Positions 15,355 to 39,020 of a stretch of DNA of 64,000 nucleotides are shown here, piece after piece. Every line of letters begins with the position of its first letter. Position 1 is the first letter of the stretch. The notes under the pieces are model-generated. The model had not been told where the DNA came from and did not search any database. It saw only the letters and a list, made by a program, of their open reading frames with translations. The translations under genes were made by a program, and so were the position numbers. Source of the DNA: the human T2T-CHM13v2.0 reference genome, Homo sapiens. The stretch lies in the NCBI RefSeq assembly GCF_009914755.1, contig NC_060947.1, one strand, 5' to 3'.

Positions 15355-15590
15355 GAACATGGGCTCTGAATCAGATGCACCGAAGTCCTGGTTTCTTCAA
15401 TCATTGTCAGTGTAACCTTTGGCAAGGCACTTACTCTCTCTGAACCTCATTCCATCATCTTAAATGGGTTTTATAAAAGTAGTTCTATCACATGGGGTTG
15501 TCACAAGGATTGAATGAGATCATTCATGCAAAGCATGTAAGCACTGCCTAGCACACAGTAAGGCCTCAGTAAGTGGTAGCTATTGTAACT
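15355..15590 (+). mobile_element. MIR
   Basis: GGGCTCTGAATCAGA..CTCTCTGAACCTCA..GGTTGTCACAAGGATTGAATGAGAT..GCACACAGTAAG. Confidence 0.75.
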
Positions 15591-15743
15591 AAGTATTAGT
15601 TCACAGGAAAACCGTACAACATGCATGCTGTTCCCTGTTATAAACACATGTATGTCCATCTTGTAGACAAACACATGTCAGACACATACCCATAGTCACA
15701 CATATGTCCCTCCATATACATACACCTTAAAAAAAGAGAAGAG

Positions 15744-16045
<302 letters not shown>

Positions 16046-16659
16046 AGAGAAGAGGTAAATGACACAGCAACAGAAAAGGAATAGGGAGGAATAGGGACCA
16101 CGAGGGATTGGGGTCAGAGAGAGCCTGCCTTTTCCATGTGTGAGGACACCCTTGACATTGGACAACCCCCATGTATTTGGCCCCCAGGGCTGGCATTTCT
16201 CTTTGCTTAGAGTCTGGAGAGAGTGCTAGTTGCTCCCAGGCTTGAGTCCCACGTGGCTGCTGGAGAGAGGACAAGCTCAGCTAAATGGCCTCAGCTGCAA
16301 TGACTGTAGGCGGGCCTGGCCAGATGAGGAGGGATAGAGAGAGACCTCTCTTTGCCAGCCCCTCTTTAGGACAATTAACAAAAATTTCCTAGCTGTTGAA
16401 TCTAAAAATAGTTGTGATTAGCATGCTGTTTTGCATGTGATTCACATGGTAATTTGCCATAAAACTGCCCAGATCCTCTCGCCACCTCTTTTGTTTCTGT
16501 TTTGGATTCCGGCCTTTCATCCCCTTCTTATAGCTTGCCCCTCTTTGTCCCCTCCCCTCCACTCTTCCCACCCTCAGCCCTGCATTCTCGCCAGGCCTGT
16601 CTGTTTTTCTCCAGCTGGAAATACTGCTGGCTAACCTTGGCTTCTATGCACTTCCTATA

Positions 16660-20126
<3,467 letters not shown>

Positions 20127-21027
20127 GGCATCTGCCCACACCTGTCCCCCTTCCCCAACCATGGCCCCAGGTTTGAGCTTTGTGGTCCTTGCATCTTGTG
20201 GTGAGTGTGTGTGTGTCTGCTGGGCCAGTCAGGGTCCAAGAGCCCATCAGTCTCCGGGGAGTGGAAACTCTCTTGATTGAGGCTCTCTCTTAAGGGCTGC
20301 AGGCTTAGCTGCCGCCCTGGGTGTCCTCACCCCTTCCCTGGCCTCTGGGCCTCACTGTGAGGGCAAAGGCCCCTCTTCACTCTGCTCACAGCAGAGCTGT
20401 ATTTTATCTCTTCTCTGGGGCTGAGAGGTGACATCAGGCTCACTTCCTGCTCAATCCGTGTTGGGCGCTGGGGGAGCCAGGGCCTGAAGCAAGCGGACCC
20501 TCAGGCTTTGAGCTCCTCGTGGCATCGGCTCCCCTGCTGGGAGCAGTGGCAGTAGCAGCAGGCCACATTGCCGTGCCGAGGGGAGAGGGCGCTCAGTCCA
20601 GATGTCCCCATCCACCTTGGGCTCACACTCACCTGGTAGATGCCACCCTGAGGGCCTGTGCCTGGGTGAGATGTCTGCAGAAAACAGCCACACTAGGCTG
20701 TTTGCAGCGGCCCAACTGGCCGGCAGCCTGGTGAGCCCTCACCTCCAGGTCCAGTAGCTCCACACCAGCCATCCCCAAAGTGCCCTGCCCCTCACTGATG
20801 GGCAGGGCAGCTCAGTCCACTAGGGAGCAAGCATCTGGGATCACCCCACTCATTTTGGGTAAGGTACCTGATGAAAACGTCTGCCTGGGGAGACCCAGTG
20901 CAGGCCTAGGAGCCCGCCTAGCCCGGCCCAGCCCAGCTCAGGGGCTGTTGCTGCAGGCATGAGGCTTCTCTCTCAACATCTCTCTACCAGACAGACTGTC
21001 CTTGGGAGTTTGACTTAGCTGTGGATC

Positions 21028-21072
21028 GGGGAGGGGGGTGGGGGGAGGGGGGAAAGGGGTAGGGGTGGGGGG
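21028..21072 (+). other. G-quadruplex-forming tract
   Basis: Seven runs of 4-6 G with 1-3 nt loops. Confidence 0.9.
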
Positions 21073-21285
21073 TGTTGATGACTATATCTTAAACTTCTGG
21101 AAGCTAGCGTGATATGTTAATCCTGAGTATATGCTTTTGGCTGTGTATTGACCCTGTGGATTTGTCTCTCTAAGAAAAGAAGCTGAGCGCCTTACCCGGT
21201 GCAGTCCTGCACCTTTCTCCCTCTCTGGAGCCATCTGGAAGGGAATTCACACTGTTTAACATCCACCTTGACACACACCTCCTAT

Positions 21286-21352
21286 TGCCACCACCGCTGC
21301 CACCACCACCGCCACCACCGCTGCCAACCCTCCCCCCACGCCCCCCACCCCT
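21286..21352 (+). repeat. (CCA/CCG)n and C-rich tract in the 3' UTR
   Basis: TGCCACCACCGC-like repeats followed by CCCTCCCCCCACGCCCCCCACCCCT. Confidence 0.85.
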
Positions 21353-21612
21353 GCAACCTTCCTGGGAGTGAAGACACGGAGTCCCTACCAACTGTCCCAC
21401 TGTAGGGAACAAAGAAAGCCAATGTTTCTTCTGTATAGATTGCTTCTCGTCCGCCTCTCCATATCTCCCCATTTCCCACACCCTTGTGCCCTGTGTCTGC
21501 CTCTGTTTCATCACTGTGTCAGAGGCCCATGTGAAATCTTTCATTCTGATGTGAGTTTTATAAAGATGTACACTGTGCTTAATCCCTGCCCATCCTTGGT
21601 AGCCCCTAGTGC

Positions 21613-21618
21613 AATAAA
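21613..21618 (+). terminator. FRMPD3: Possible proximal poly(A) signal AATAAA
   Basis: Canonical hexamer, weak downstream element. Confidence 0.4.
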
Positions 21619-21976
21619 GTCTCCCTGAGTGGTGAGTTCTCCCGGCAAGGAGGAGGGGAGTTTCTTCTGCAGAATCCAGCCCCTCACTTCCTTGCTTCTC
21701 CTCCCCCAGGACCAAGTTGTTGAATGGGCCAGAGATGCAGCCAGTGGGGAATCCTTTTCCCCTCAGCCACTGCAAGCTGGAGTGCTGATATGCTCTTCTT
21801 TTTCTCCCAACTTCGCCACTCAGCCCCTGCCTGTGTCATTCCACCGCCATCCTTCACCTCTCCCTCAGCCTCATGGAGAGGAAACATTTTCTAATGTCTG
21901 TATATAGTATATATACTACATAAAATATATAAATTATATATATACTAATTTATGTCTTGTTTTTCAAACAAGAATG

Positions 21977-21982
21977 ATTAAA
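21977..21982 (+). terminator. FRMPD3: Likely main poly(A) signal ATTAAA
   Basis: Upstream TGTA and AT-rich tract (21899-21960), strong downstream GT/T-rich element (22010-22080). Confidence 0.7.
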
Positions 21983-22858
21983 TCTATTCATCTTACTATC
22001 CCAATAAGTCTTTGCGGTGCCTCTTTGTGGGTGTCCTTGTGTCCTTGAATTGTTGGTTGGTGGTGGCCCTTTGTGTGCTCATCCTGGGCCCCTGCTCTTA
22101 TGTACTGGGCACTGGTGGGTGATGAGAGCTAAGGACCCTGTTCCTCCCACCTCCCCAACACACAGGGGATCCCCTTTGCTCCTCTTTGAAGCCTACTGTT
22201 TCTCATGGGAGTTGGAAATTGTCTACCTCTTTCTCTTGACCACGAGGCTTCTGGCTCACCTGGCCCCCATGGCTGTGACCTCAGAGCTGAAGGGCTGGAG
22301 GTGGTGTGGGGGGTTGTGTGGAGAAACACAGTGTGCTCTGTGCCTAGTGTATCAGATGGCCTGGGAATTAGGATTTTAGGCCACTCCTCAGACTGGGGTT
22401 GGGAAATGGGGCCTCTCCCTCTGAACTGTGCCTTCTTGCTCTCAGAGTGCAGCCTGACTGCCTCGCAGTTTAGGCTATGGAATCCCTTGCAACAGCCTCT
22501 GGCCATGTAGTGGGGTGGGAAGGAGGGATTGTTTCCATAGTATGGAAGCATTAGGACCCTAATCAGAGCTAACCCTTCTGGCTCTTCAGAGTTACCCAAG
22601 GGTGAGAAATTATTTTGTTTCTCCTGTTTCCTAACTTTCTTCTGGTACTTACAGTTCTTCACTAGCCTGAGGCATCTTTGTCCAAATTAGAAAAAGGTTC
22701 TTCCTGCTGCCCATGCCCCCACCATGACACCCTCTGTGTGATGGGCACATGGCTTGGTAATTTCAGCCCTGTCCAGCCCGACTTGCCTCATTGGCTATGT
22801 ATACAAGCTACCCAACTGTGTACAGTGATCCTACTTAGTCACTTCCAAAGATTGATAA

Positions 22859-23329
<471 letters not shown>

Positions 23330-24904
23330 TAAACATGGGAGGGAACCACAGGCAGCAGCCCTTGGACTACAGGCAGAGCTCTTCTGGGTGCTGCCTGCCA
23401 GGCATACTGTCCCACAGCACTAAGGTTGGGATTCAGTGCGAGTCAATGCCATGATAAACTGAAGCCCACTGCCACTCAAAATGACCCAACTGGACAGTCT
23501 GAAAACTCAGGAGCCCTAAGGCCCTGCACTAACTACACTGGTAGCTCCTTAAGGTCAGAAAACATTCTTATTTAGTTTTACACCCTGGGTACCCACCCAC
23601 ACAGTATCTGGCACATAGTAGTATTCACATATTTGTAGAATAAATGAGTGTTGAAGGAGATGACTGTCATGAGAGAGCCATCCCAGACTTGTGTGTGAGT
23701 GAAAAGGGCTCTGTCTCCTCTGGGAGTGGTTGATTTGGGGCAGTGTAGCTGGACATGGCTAGACAGCCTGGCATCCTCCTATCAAAAGATGAGGAGTTGG
23801 GGCCATCATTCCATGCCCCACCAACTCAGCTGAGTTTCACCAACTACTTTCCAAAAGCTCCTGAAACTCTCCTGAGGTGACTGACAGTCACCTCAGACCC
23901 AGGGTCATTATCTGCAGTATCTGGGAGTGCAGGGAAAGGCCATATTCCCACCAGTGTCTTCCTTGCCATCTTTGGCCTCAACCTGAACCTGAAGCTGATG
24001 CTCTCCAGTCACCCCATCCAAGTGTCCCAGAGCCTGATTCCTGCCTTTCTGACTTCAGCCACTTAAAGGAAAATGGGTTCATACTGTTGGCGTGGACCCA
24101 AAATGCCAGTGGGTGCTGGCACAATCACATTTTTTTCAAGCTGTTGTGAAGGCACTGTGGATAATAGGTAATTTCATCAGCAATGAATTGAAAGAACCTG
24201 CCTCCGCCAGAATTTTTGCTGCCAAAGAGGTAGGGGAGGGTCAACTGCCAGCATTGGGAGGGGGCATACATTTATGTCTTAGGATCGAATTCCTCCGAAC
24301 AGCCAGTAGGGTAAGGGTAATAACCACATCTGATTCCAAGGTAATAGCCACATCCCATTCCTCATCCTGCAGCCTGGAAGCCAGACTGTGGGTGTACATC
24401 TGGAGCGAGAAGGAAGTCCTCCATGGAGTCGGAGGAAATGACCTCTGAGGATTCAGTCCTGGTCCCTGGAGAAATGTCCTGGACTCCAGGCGGGTTTCTT
24501 GGGTTCAATGTCCTGACCGGCTGGAAGCCACTGTAAAGTGGAAATGATGAAGGCTGCCTTCTTGCAGGTACAGAACTTCTTGTTTCACATGAGCGTTTCT
24601 AGTGACACCCACAAAGGCCTACGCATCCACGCACCAAGTCATTGGTTGATGCCACACCCCAGCATAACAGGGACATGTTCTGGTGTCTGTGTGATGTTTT
24701 CAGCTGCAGGATTTTTACCTACCACTTAGGAATAAGCTCGGGTTTAGCTTTTCCTGTTCTCCTGTCTGTGATGTCCTTCCCTCTGGGTATTGATACCTCA
24801 TTCTCATTTTCAAGGCTTTGGCTAAAAGGAATATGCATCTGTACTATGTTGGGAGTCTTCCACAACACAGAAAAATTGAACCTTGCCCTTAAATAGGCAA
24901 AAAC

Positions 24905-25140
24905 AACTGTGTATGAACACTTGCCATATGCCAGATACCTTGCTAAGTACTTTACACACATGATCTCATTTAACCTTCACAATAATCCTTTGAGAGAGGT
25001 ACTATTATCATTTCCATTTATCAGAGGAGGAAATTGAAGCCTAGACAAGTCACTAGCCCAAGGTCACACAGCTGGTAAATGGTAAGCCTATCAGTTTTCA
25101 AACCCAGCCCATCATGCTTTCAACTACTACCCTACAGTAC
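24905..25140 (-). mobile_element. MIR
   Basis: ATCTCATTTAACCTTCACAA..CAGAGGAGGAAATTGAAGC..CCCAAGGTCACACAGCT. Confidence 0.8.
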
Positions 25141-25222
25141 TTAGCCTGACCCCACCTTTCTGTGGACCCAGGGTCATTCTCCGCAGCATCTGGAAGTGCA
25201 GGGAGGAACCTACCTTTGTGGG

Positions 25223-25531
25223 GTTTTTGTTGTTGTTGTTAAACAGGTTCTCACTCCGTCACCCAGGCTGCAGTGCAGTGGCATAATCACAGCTCACTGC
25301 AGCCTAGACCTCCTGAGCTCAGGTGATCCCCCACCTCAGCCTCCCAAGTAGCTGGGACTACAGGCACCCACCACCACATCCAACTGATTTTTATTTTTAT
25401 TTATTTATTTTTTTGTAGAGACAGGGTTTTGCCATATTGCCCAGGCTGGTCTCAAACTCCTGGGCTCAAGTGATCTCCCTGCCTCAGCCTCCCAAAATGC
25501 TGGGATTACAGGCATGAGCCACCACTCCTGA
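25223..25531 (-). mobile_element. AluJ
   Basis: Alu sequence with J-like features. Confidence 0.9.
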
Positions 25532-25670
25532 CTTCAACCTTACCTGCTAATCACTTCTCCCGGAAACAGAGGCATGGATGCAGCCACACTCATCAGAAGA
25601 TGACCTGTAATTGCTGCTCAGGGTCCAGGCGGCCTGTGTGTAACAGGTGGCCTGTGACATTGAAATGTGA

Positions 25671-26339
<669 letters not shown>

Positions 26340-26644
26340 TAAAAGCATCATGTGAGGAATGCAAACATGAATGCCTTTTAAAGATACATATCATTTCAAA
26401 GACACTTGAGTCTTATGTCTGATACTTTTGGTGACATTCCCATAGCCATCTACCCAGCATCCAAGTTCACTCTCTTCGACTAATAGACATGCTTGGATGG
26501 AAGTATTGACACACTTGGGGCCCATCAGATGAGCCAGCTGGTTGCATAAGCCTTAAGGGGAGGATAGCTGGGACCCGTCTATTTCCGTGGATCTGGGCAC
26601 AGGGTGGGGGTCAAGTGCTTGTTCAGGGATATGAGACCTGGAAT

Positions 26645-26905
26645 GGCCAGGTAGGGTGGCTCATGCCTGTTTTCCCAACACTTTGGGAGGTAAGGCAGGA
26701 GGATCGCTTGAGCCTAGGAGTTGGAGACCTGAGCAACATAGCAAGACCCCATCTCTTTAAAGAAAATTAGCCAGACATGGTAGCACACGCCTGTTGTCCT
26801 AGCTACTCAAGAGACTCAGGTGGGAGGATCCTTTGAGCCCAGGAAGTCACACTGCCACTGCACTCCAGCCTAGGCGATAGAGCAAGATCCTGTATCTAAA
26901 AAAAA
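26645..26905 (+). mobile_element. AluJ
   Basis: Diverged Alu with small deletions. Confidence 0.88.
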
Positions 26906-27820
26906 GAGAAAGACCTGAAGTGACAGGGTGTCAGAAAGGGACCCCAAGAGGAGATGGGGCAGCATTATCAAAGGCTCCCTCCCCTTCCCTGCCCCTGCCC
27001 CCCAACTGTTGCCTATTACACACTTTAGCAGCAGGTCAGCCCCAAGCCCAGACTGAGGGGAACCAGCCGGAGATTTCTGCATCTGCAATGAGCAAGCAAA
27101 GCAGGGAAGCTGTGTGGGCTAGGCTGAGCAGCTCACCCTAGAATCAGGGCTCACTTCTATTTTTCAGCCCAGCCACTGACTTGCCATATGATGGGGTATA
27201 CGTCATTTTACCTCTTTGGGCCTCTCCTCTAAAACGAAGATGACTGAGTCTTCAGCCTCCCTCTATGGCTGTGAGGATTAATGAGGTGGTGCTGAAAACG
27301 CAGCTGTAAAAATCCTGAGTCTTAGCTGTACAACTTAACAAGTACAAATAGAACTGCCCCATTTGCAGCTGGTCCACAGAAACTAATTAAGCTTGCACCA
27401 AAGGCCTGGAACTAGAAACTTGGCCAGCAGAGCTTTGGGGGACTGTTTTCTCCAAATATCCATTGCTCCCAGGCAAAGCCATTTTCAGTTAGTTTCCCTC
27501 AAAAAGGACCTGCAAGACCTCTTTTTCCCTGGGCCTTTTTTTCGAAATTGCTAAGCCAGCTCACTTCCTCAATGGAGAATCCCTGTCCTCAGTGGACACA
27601 GTCTGGTGAACACGAAGCTCATCTTGGCCTTTGGCCAATACCCCTCACATGTTTCTCTGACATCTTCCTGCTCTTCCTCCATCCTCATCCTCCTTGCTAA
27701 AAGCAGCTGTAATAAAGGGAGCTTGAATTTCTAATTTTTCCTCAACATTTAGGCTTAATAGGAAAGGGTTTTGGTTTTGGTTTTGGTTTTTTTTTTTTTT
27801 TTTTAAAGAGAATATTCATT

Positions 27821-28220
<400 letters not shown>

Positions 28221-28351
28221 CTACATCCTACATCCTACATATTTGCTACTTTGTATCTTTTGAACTACATCTCCCCATTTTCTCTGCCAGGGCAACGTAA
28301 TGAACTTCAGCCATCTGATTAACTGAACAAAGCACTTTGTGCTGGGCATAA

Positions 28352-28893
<542 letters not shown>

Positions 28894-28926
28894 CATGATT
28901 TTTTTTTTTTTTTTGGAAGCTAAATT

Positions 28927-30638
<1,712 letters not shown>

Positions 30639-31818
30639 TCAGAAATCCCTTCTCTCAATTATGTGATTATGACAGTGGGGAGTGCCCAAGCCACTGAGGT
30701 AACATCTGTTCTCTCTGCCTTCTCTAGAGCCCTACTCACTCAATCCCTCGGCCTGCTCCCTTATAAACTAAGGATCCCAACTGCCCCTCCCTGATTCACT
30801 CATATAAATTTGAGAATAAATCTGCATTATGGGCAAGCCGTTTGCAGTTTCTTGGAAGTAAATGCAATTCCTGCTTCTTAGTTTGACTTATAGACAAAAA
30901 AGCCGATATGGCCTTGGTCACCAAGGACAGAATTGGTAGTAAAGCAAGGCAGCAAAGACAAGCATCCCTGCCCCTTCCTAACCTGGCGCAGCAGGAATGT
31001 ACAATGCCTCCAGGGACCTGAAAAGACTCAAGGAACTAAGAAGAAACTGGACAGATTTTCTCCTGCTGAACAATGAAAGAGACTTTTATTTGATTTGCAG
31101 TTCCTGCGGCCCTGAGCCCATATTAGCTTGGCTCTGTAACAAAGCTGCAAGCGAAAGCCCTACACCATGAGCCAGAAGACTTTGATTCGACTTGCAGCTC
31201 TTCCAAAAACTAGCTGTGTGACCTTGGGCATTCACTTCCCCTCTCTGGCTATCAATTTCTTACTATATAAAATGAATGGGTTGAACTAAAGGGTCTATTA
31301 GCTTTTAAAAAGCACCTTTTCTCATCATACTTTCACTTAAGCATTTTTAAACAAAGGCAAGTACTTCCAGCATCACCAACATTCCCCCAAGTCAGTAATT
31401 AAACTGGGAGAACTCCCCAGTTCATAAAACTTAAGCACCAGAACAAACTACAAAGCTCACTTGGCCCTGCTGTTTTTATCTAATCACCTGTCAAGAAGGA
31501 CTGAAACCTCCCATATTTTAAATCCCTACATGATTCTAGCTCCCTGTCATACTGACCTTGTACAATAACACCTACATTCACAAGAAACCAACTCGAGGGA
31601 ACCCTTGAAGAGTGAGACACATCTAAAGGTTTCAGCCAAATCCTATCTAAGGTAAAACAAGCCAGCTTCACTTTATGAGATAAATAAATCTTCCAGAACA
31701 GGACTCATTTTAAGATAGACTTATATTAATAAAACTATGATTTACATGTATAAGTCCTCTGCTCTTTCAGAGGACTCCTACGTTGAAGTCTTTGGAGAAA
31801 CCATTAATAGTCACCTCC

Positions 31819-32167
<349 letters not shown>

Positions 32168-32325
32168 TCAGTGTCAATCCAGATTTTCAATTCAAATCCT
32201 TAAGTGTTTAAAATGCATCTTCTCTGAGGCCGATCTATGCTAGAGACTGTAAGAGCTATATAGCCTCTTCCCTCAGACAGCCTGCACTCTTGCTGAAGAC
32301 TCAGAATGTAAGATTGGGAGTCTGT

Positions 32326-32671
<346 letters not shown>

Positions 32672-33126
32672 TCACCACTTGGCATTGAATTGGGGGTTGG
32701 CTGACAAGGCCAAGGAGGGAATATGAACAATGAGAGCAGGTCACACTAGCTTCGAGAGGGAAAAACTGGAGCAGACATAGGAGATAGAAAAGAGAAAATA
32801 CCCTGAAAGAAATGCTAATACCCAGGAGTGGGCCAGGTTGCTTGAAGATGAAAAGGAAGCCCAGCTAGTCAAATCTTCCACTGGGCTGCAAGAAGCCCAC
32901 TGTGCTAGGGATCAAAGTGGCAGGCTCAGAAAAGGATGATTTGGTCCTGCAGGGAGGAGAGGAGGGGGCTTCTTTCTCTCTGTCTGCTGTTAAAGTTAGT
33001 GCTCGACAAGTCTGTTTGTAAAGCTTCTTGGAGGTAAGGGCCACATTTTATTCATTTCTGTAATCTGGAAGCTGAGCACTGTACAGTACTTTGTCCACAG
33101 TTGCTGCCCAAGAAATGCCTGCAGAA

Positions 33127-34011
<885 letters not shown>

Positions 34012-34179
34012 TTAGTTGGAAATATGAAATATGGGCAAGAGGGCATCCCTCAGCATTTTCTAGAATTATCAATGCTCTTCCCTTCCCTTTCCTTCTAGGT
34101 CTTAGATCAGAGCTCCCCTCATCTGGACTGCACTCAGCACTCTCAAACTGGCATTCAAAGCCCTCCACAATCTGGTTTT

Positions 34180-35049
<870 letters not shown>

Positions 35050-35477
35050 AGGCTTCTAGCTGTCTTTCTTGCCTGAGCTCTCAACACACCCTTCCTTGCT
35101 TCACCCCACACATACATTCACCTGCCCATGGCCTTTGTTAAAGCTCTTCTCCCTGCTCTGTATCCTCAGGTTAATATCTTTGGTCTTACCTCACCCATTT
35201 TCTGCAAGACTCTTCCCAGATTCTTTCAATATGATCATGTTTCTCATGCCCCCATTATTAACCTTATTTCTGTAAGTATCTGTCTTGCCTGCTTCACTCA
35301 AGGGAAAAGATAGTGTAGTGTTAATTCTCTGTAGGCGCACCCTCCAGAGGCCCTGGTATATAGGTACTCAGCATATTTCTTTTGAATGACAGTATATCAA
35401 ATTTACAGAACTCACCATGATTTACATGTAACTCAGCCAGTTTTTAAAAACCTCTTACGAACTTAATGTCTACCTGA

Positions 35478-36236
<759 letters not shown>

Positions 36237-36268
36237 TAATTCAAATCTCCTCAAAGAGATTTAAATTA

Positions 36269-36603
<335 letters not shown>

Positions 36604-36788
36604 TTAAATCTCTCAAAGAGTAATTCCTTGCCCACATACCCTGATTGTGCTTATCTTTCTAGAGAGAAATAAGGAGCAAAGATAACATTCTTTCCACACA
36701 CGTTTACATTCTACAGTTAGCAAATCAGATTACAGCACTTAGTTTTTGCCGTAATGGAATGTTTAGTTCCCAACCCGCCCCACTGCCC

Positions 36789-37028
36789 AGACAGAGTCTT
36801 GCTCTGTCACGCAGGCTGGAGTGCAGTGATGCAATCTCAGCTCACTGGAACCTCTGCCTCCTGGATTCAAGCAATTTTTCTCCTCGGCCTCCCAAGTAGC
36901 TAGGATTACAGGTGCATGCCACCATGCCCGGCTGTTGGCCAGGCTGCTCTTGAACTTATGACCTTGTGATCCGCCCACCTTGGCCTCCCAAAGTGCTGGC
37001 AGTACAGGAGTGAGCCACTGCATCCAGC
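36789..37028 (-). mobile_element. Internally deleted Alu
   Basis: Alu lacking the central linker and the tail. Confidence 0.85.
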
Positions 37029-37256
37029 CTGTGTTTAGTTTTAAACTAATGAGTCCAAGCTTCTATGATAATTTACAGGCATACCTTGGAGATATTGTGG
37101 GCTCAGTTCCAAACCACCACAGTAAATCAAACATTGCAATAAAGCAAATCACATGAATTTTTTTGATTTCCCAGTGCATATAGAAATTACGTTTACACTA
37201 TACTGTAGTCTGTTAAGTCTGCAATAGCGTTATGTCTAAAATAACAAGTACGTGCC

Positions 37257-37675
37257 TATATTAGGCTGTTTTTTTGCATTACTATAAAGAAATACCCGAG
37301 TCTCGGTAATTTATAAAGAAAAAGAGATTTAATTGGCTCACAGCTCTGCAGGCTTTATAGGAAGTGTGGTGCTGGCATCTGCTCCTGGTGAGGACCTCAG
37401 GAAGCTTCCAATCATGGCAGAAGGTGACAGGGAGCCAGCATGTCACATGGCAAGAGCAGAAGCAAGGGAACAAAGGGGAAAAGTGCCACACTCTAAAACA
37501 ACCAGATCTCCCATGAACTCAGAATAAAGAACTCAATCACTATTGCAAGTACAGCACTAAGCCATTCACGAGGGATCTACCCCAGTGACCCAAACATCTC
37601 TCACCAGAACAATTTCCAACTGGGGATTACATTTTAACATGTGATTTTGAGGAAACACATATCCAAACCATATCA
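37257..37675 (-). mobile_element. MST-type MaLR solo LTR inside Tigger1
   Basis: TATATTAGGCTGTT..CTATAAAGAAATACC..GGCAGAAGGTGA..ATCCAAACCATATCA. Confidence 0.85.
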
Positions 37676-37703
37676 ATACCTGAATTAAAAAATACTTTAT
37701 GGT

Positions 37704-38030
37704 AGGCTGGGCATGGTGGCTCATGCCTGTAATCCTAGCATTTTGGGAAGCCAAGGTGGGCAGATCACTTAAGGCCAGGAATTTGAGACCAGCCTGGTCA
37801 ACATGGCAAAACCCTGTCTCTACTAAAAATACAAAAATGAGCCGATAGTGGTGGTGCGCACCTGTAATCCCAGCCACCCAAGTGGCTAAGGCATGACAAT
37901 CGCTTGAACCCGGGAGGCGGAAGTTGCAGTGAGCCAAGATCATGCCACTGCACTCCAGCCTGGGTGACAGAGTGAGACTCTGTCTCAAAAAAAAAAAAAA
38001 AAAAAAAGCCAAAACCAAAAACAAACAAAC
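37704..38030 (+). mobile_element. AluS in Tigger1
   Basis: Alu dimer. Confidence 0.93.
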
Positions 38031-38289
38031 AAAAAAATTTTATTGCTAAAAAATGCTAATGATCATCTAAGCCTTTAGCAAGTAGTAATCTTTTTGCTGG
38101 TGGAGGATCTTGCCTCAACACTGAGGGCTGCTGACTGATTAGGTGGCAGCTGCTAAAGGGTGGGTTGGCTATAAAAATTTTCTAAAAAATACAACAATTA
38201 AATTTGCCACATTGATTGACTTCCTTTCACAAAAGATTTATCTGTAGCATAAAATGCTGTTTGATAACATTTTAGCCACAGCAGAACTT

Positions 38290-38596
38290 CTTTCTTTTTT
38301 TTTTTTTTTTTTTTTGAGACGGAATATCGCTGTGTCGCCCAGGCTGGAGTGCAGTGGCCCAATCTTAGCTCACTGCGACTTCCACCTCCTGGGTTCATGC
38401 CATTCTCCTGCCTCAGCCTCCTGAGTAGCTGGGACTACAGGCATCCACCACCATGCCCGGCTAATTTTTTGTATTTTTAGTAGAGACGGGGTTTCACCGT
38501 GTTAGCCAGGATGGTCTCGATCTCCTGACCTCATGATCTGCCCGCCTCGGCCTCCCAAAGTGCTGGGATTACAGGCGTGAGCCACGGCGCCCGGCC
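38290..38596 (-). mobile_element. AluY in Tigger1
   Basis: Y diagnostics; TSD GAACTTCTTT. Confidence 0.93.
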
Positions 38597-39020
38597 GAAC
38601 TTCTTTCAAAGTTGGACGCAATCCTCTTAAACCCTGCCACTGTTTATATAATGTTCTAAATCTTTTGTTGTCATTTCAACAATGCCTACAGCATCTTCAC
38701 CAGAAGTAGATTCCACTTCAAGAAACCACTTTGTTTGCTCATCCATAAGCAAAGGAAAAAAAAAGAGAGAGAGAGAGATGACTGCTCATCCATTCAAATT
38801 TTATCATGGGATTGCAGCAATTTAGTCACATCTTCAGTTTCCACTTCTAATTCTAGTTCTCTTGCTATTTCCACCACATCTGCAGTTACTTCCTCCACTA
38901 AAGTCTTGAACTCCTTAAAGTCATCTGGGAGAGCTGGAATCAACTTCCTCCAAGCTCCTGTTAATATTTTGGCCTCCTCCCATGAATCATGAATGTTAAT
39001 GGTATCTAAAATTGTGAATC

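Larger units (their letters stand above)
20127..22005 (+). other. FRMPD3: FRMPD3 3' UTR (end approximate)
   Basis: Transposon-free sequence after the stop codon, ending at ATTAAA followed by a GT-rich tract. Confidence 0.75.

Noticed and set aside
21170-22662. Minus-strand ORFs of 201 aa and 177 aa overlapping the FRMPD3 3' end
   Set aside because: Low-complexity, non-ATG starts, no recognisable protein
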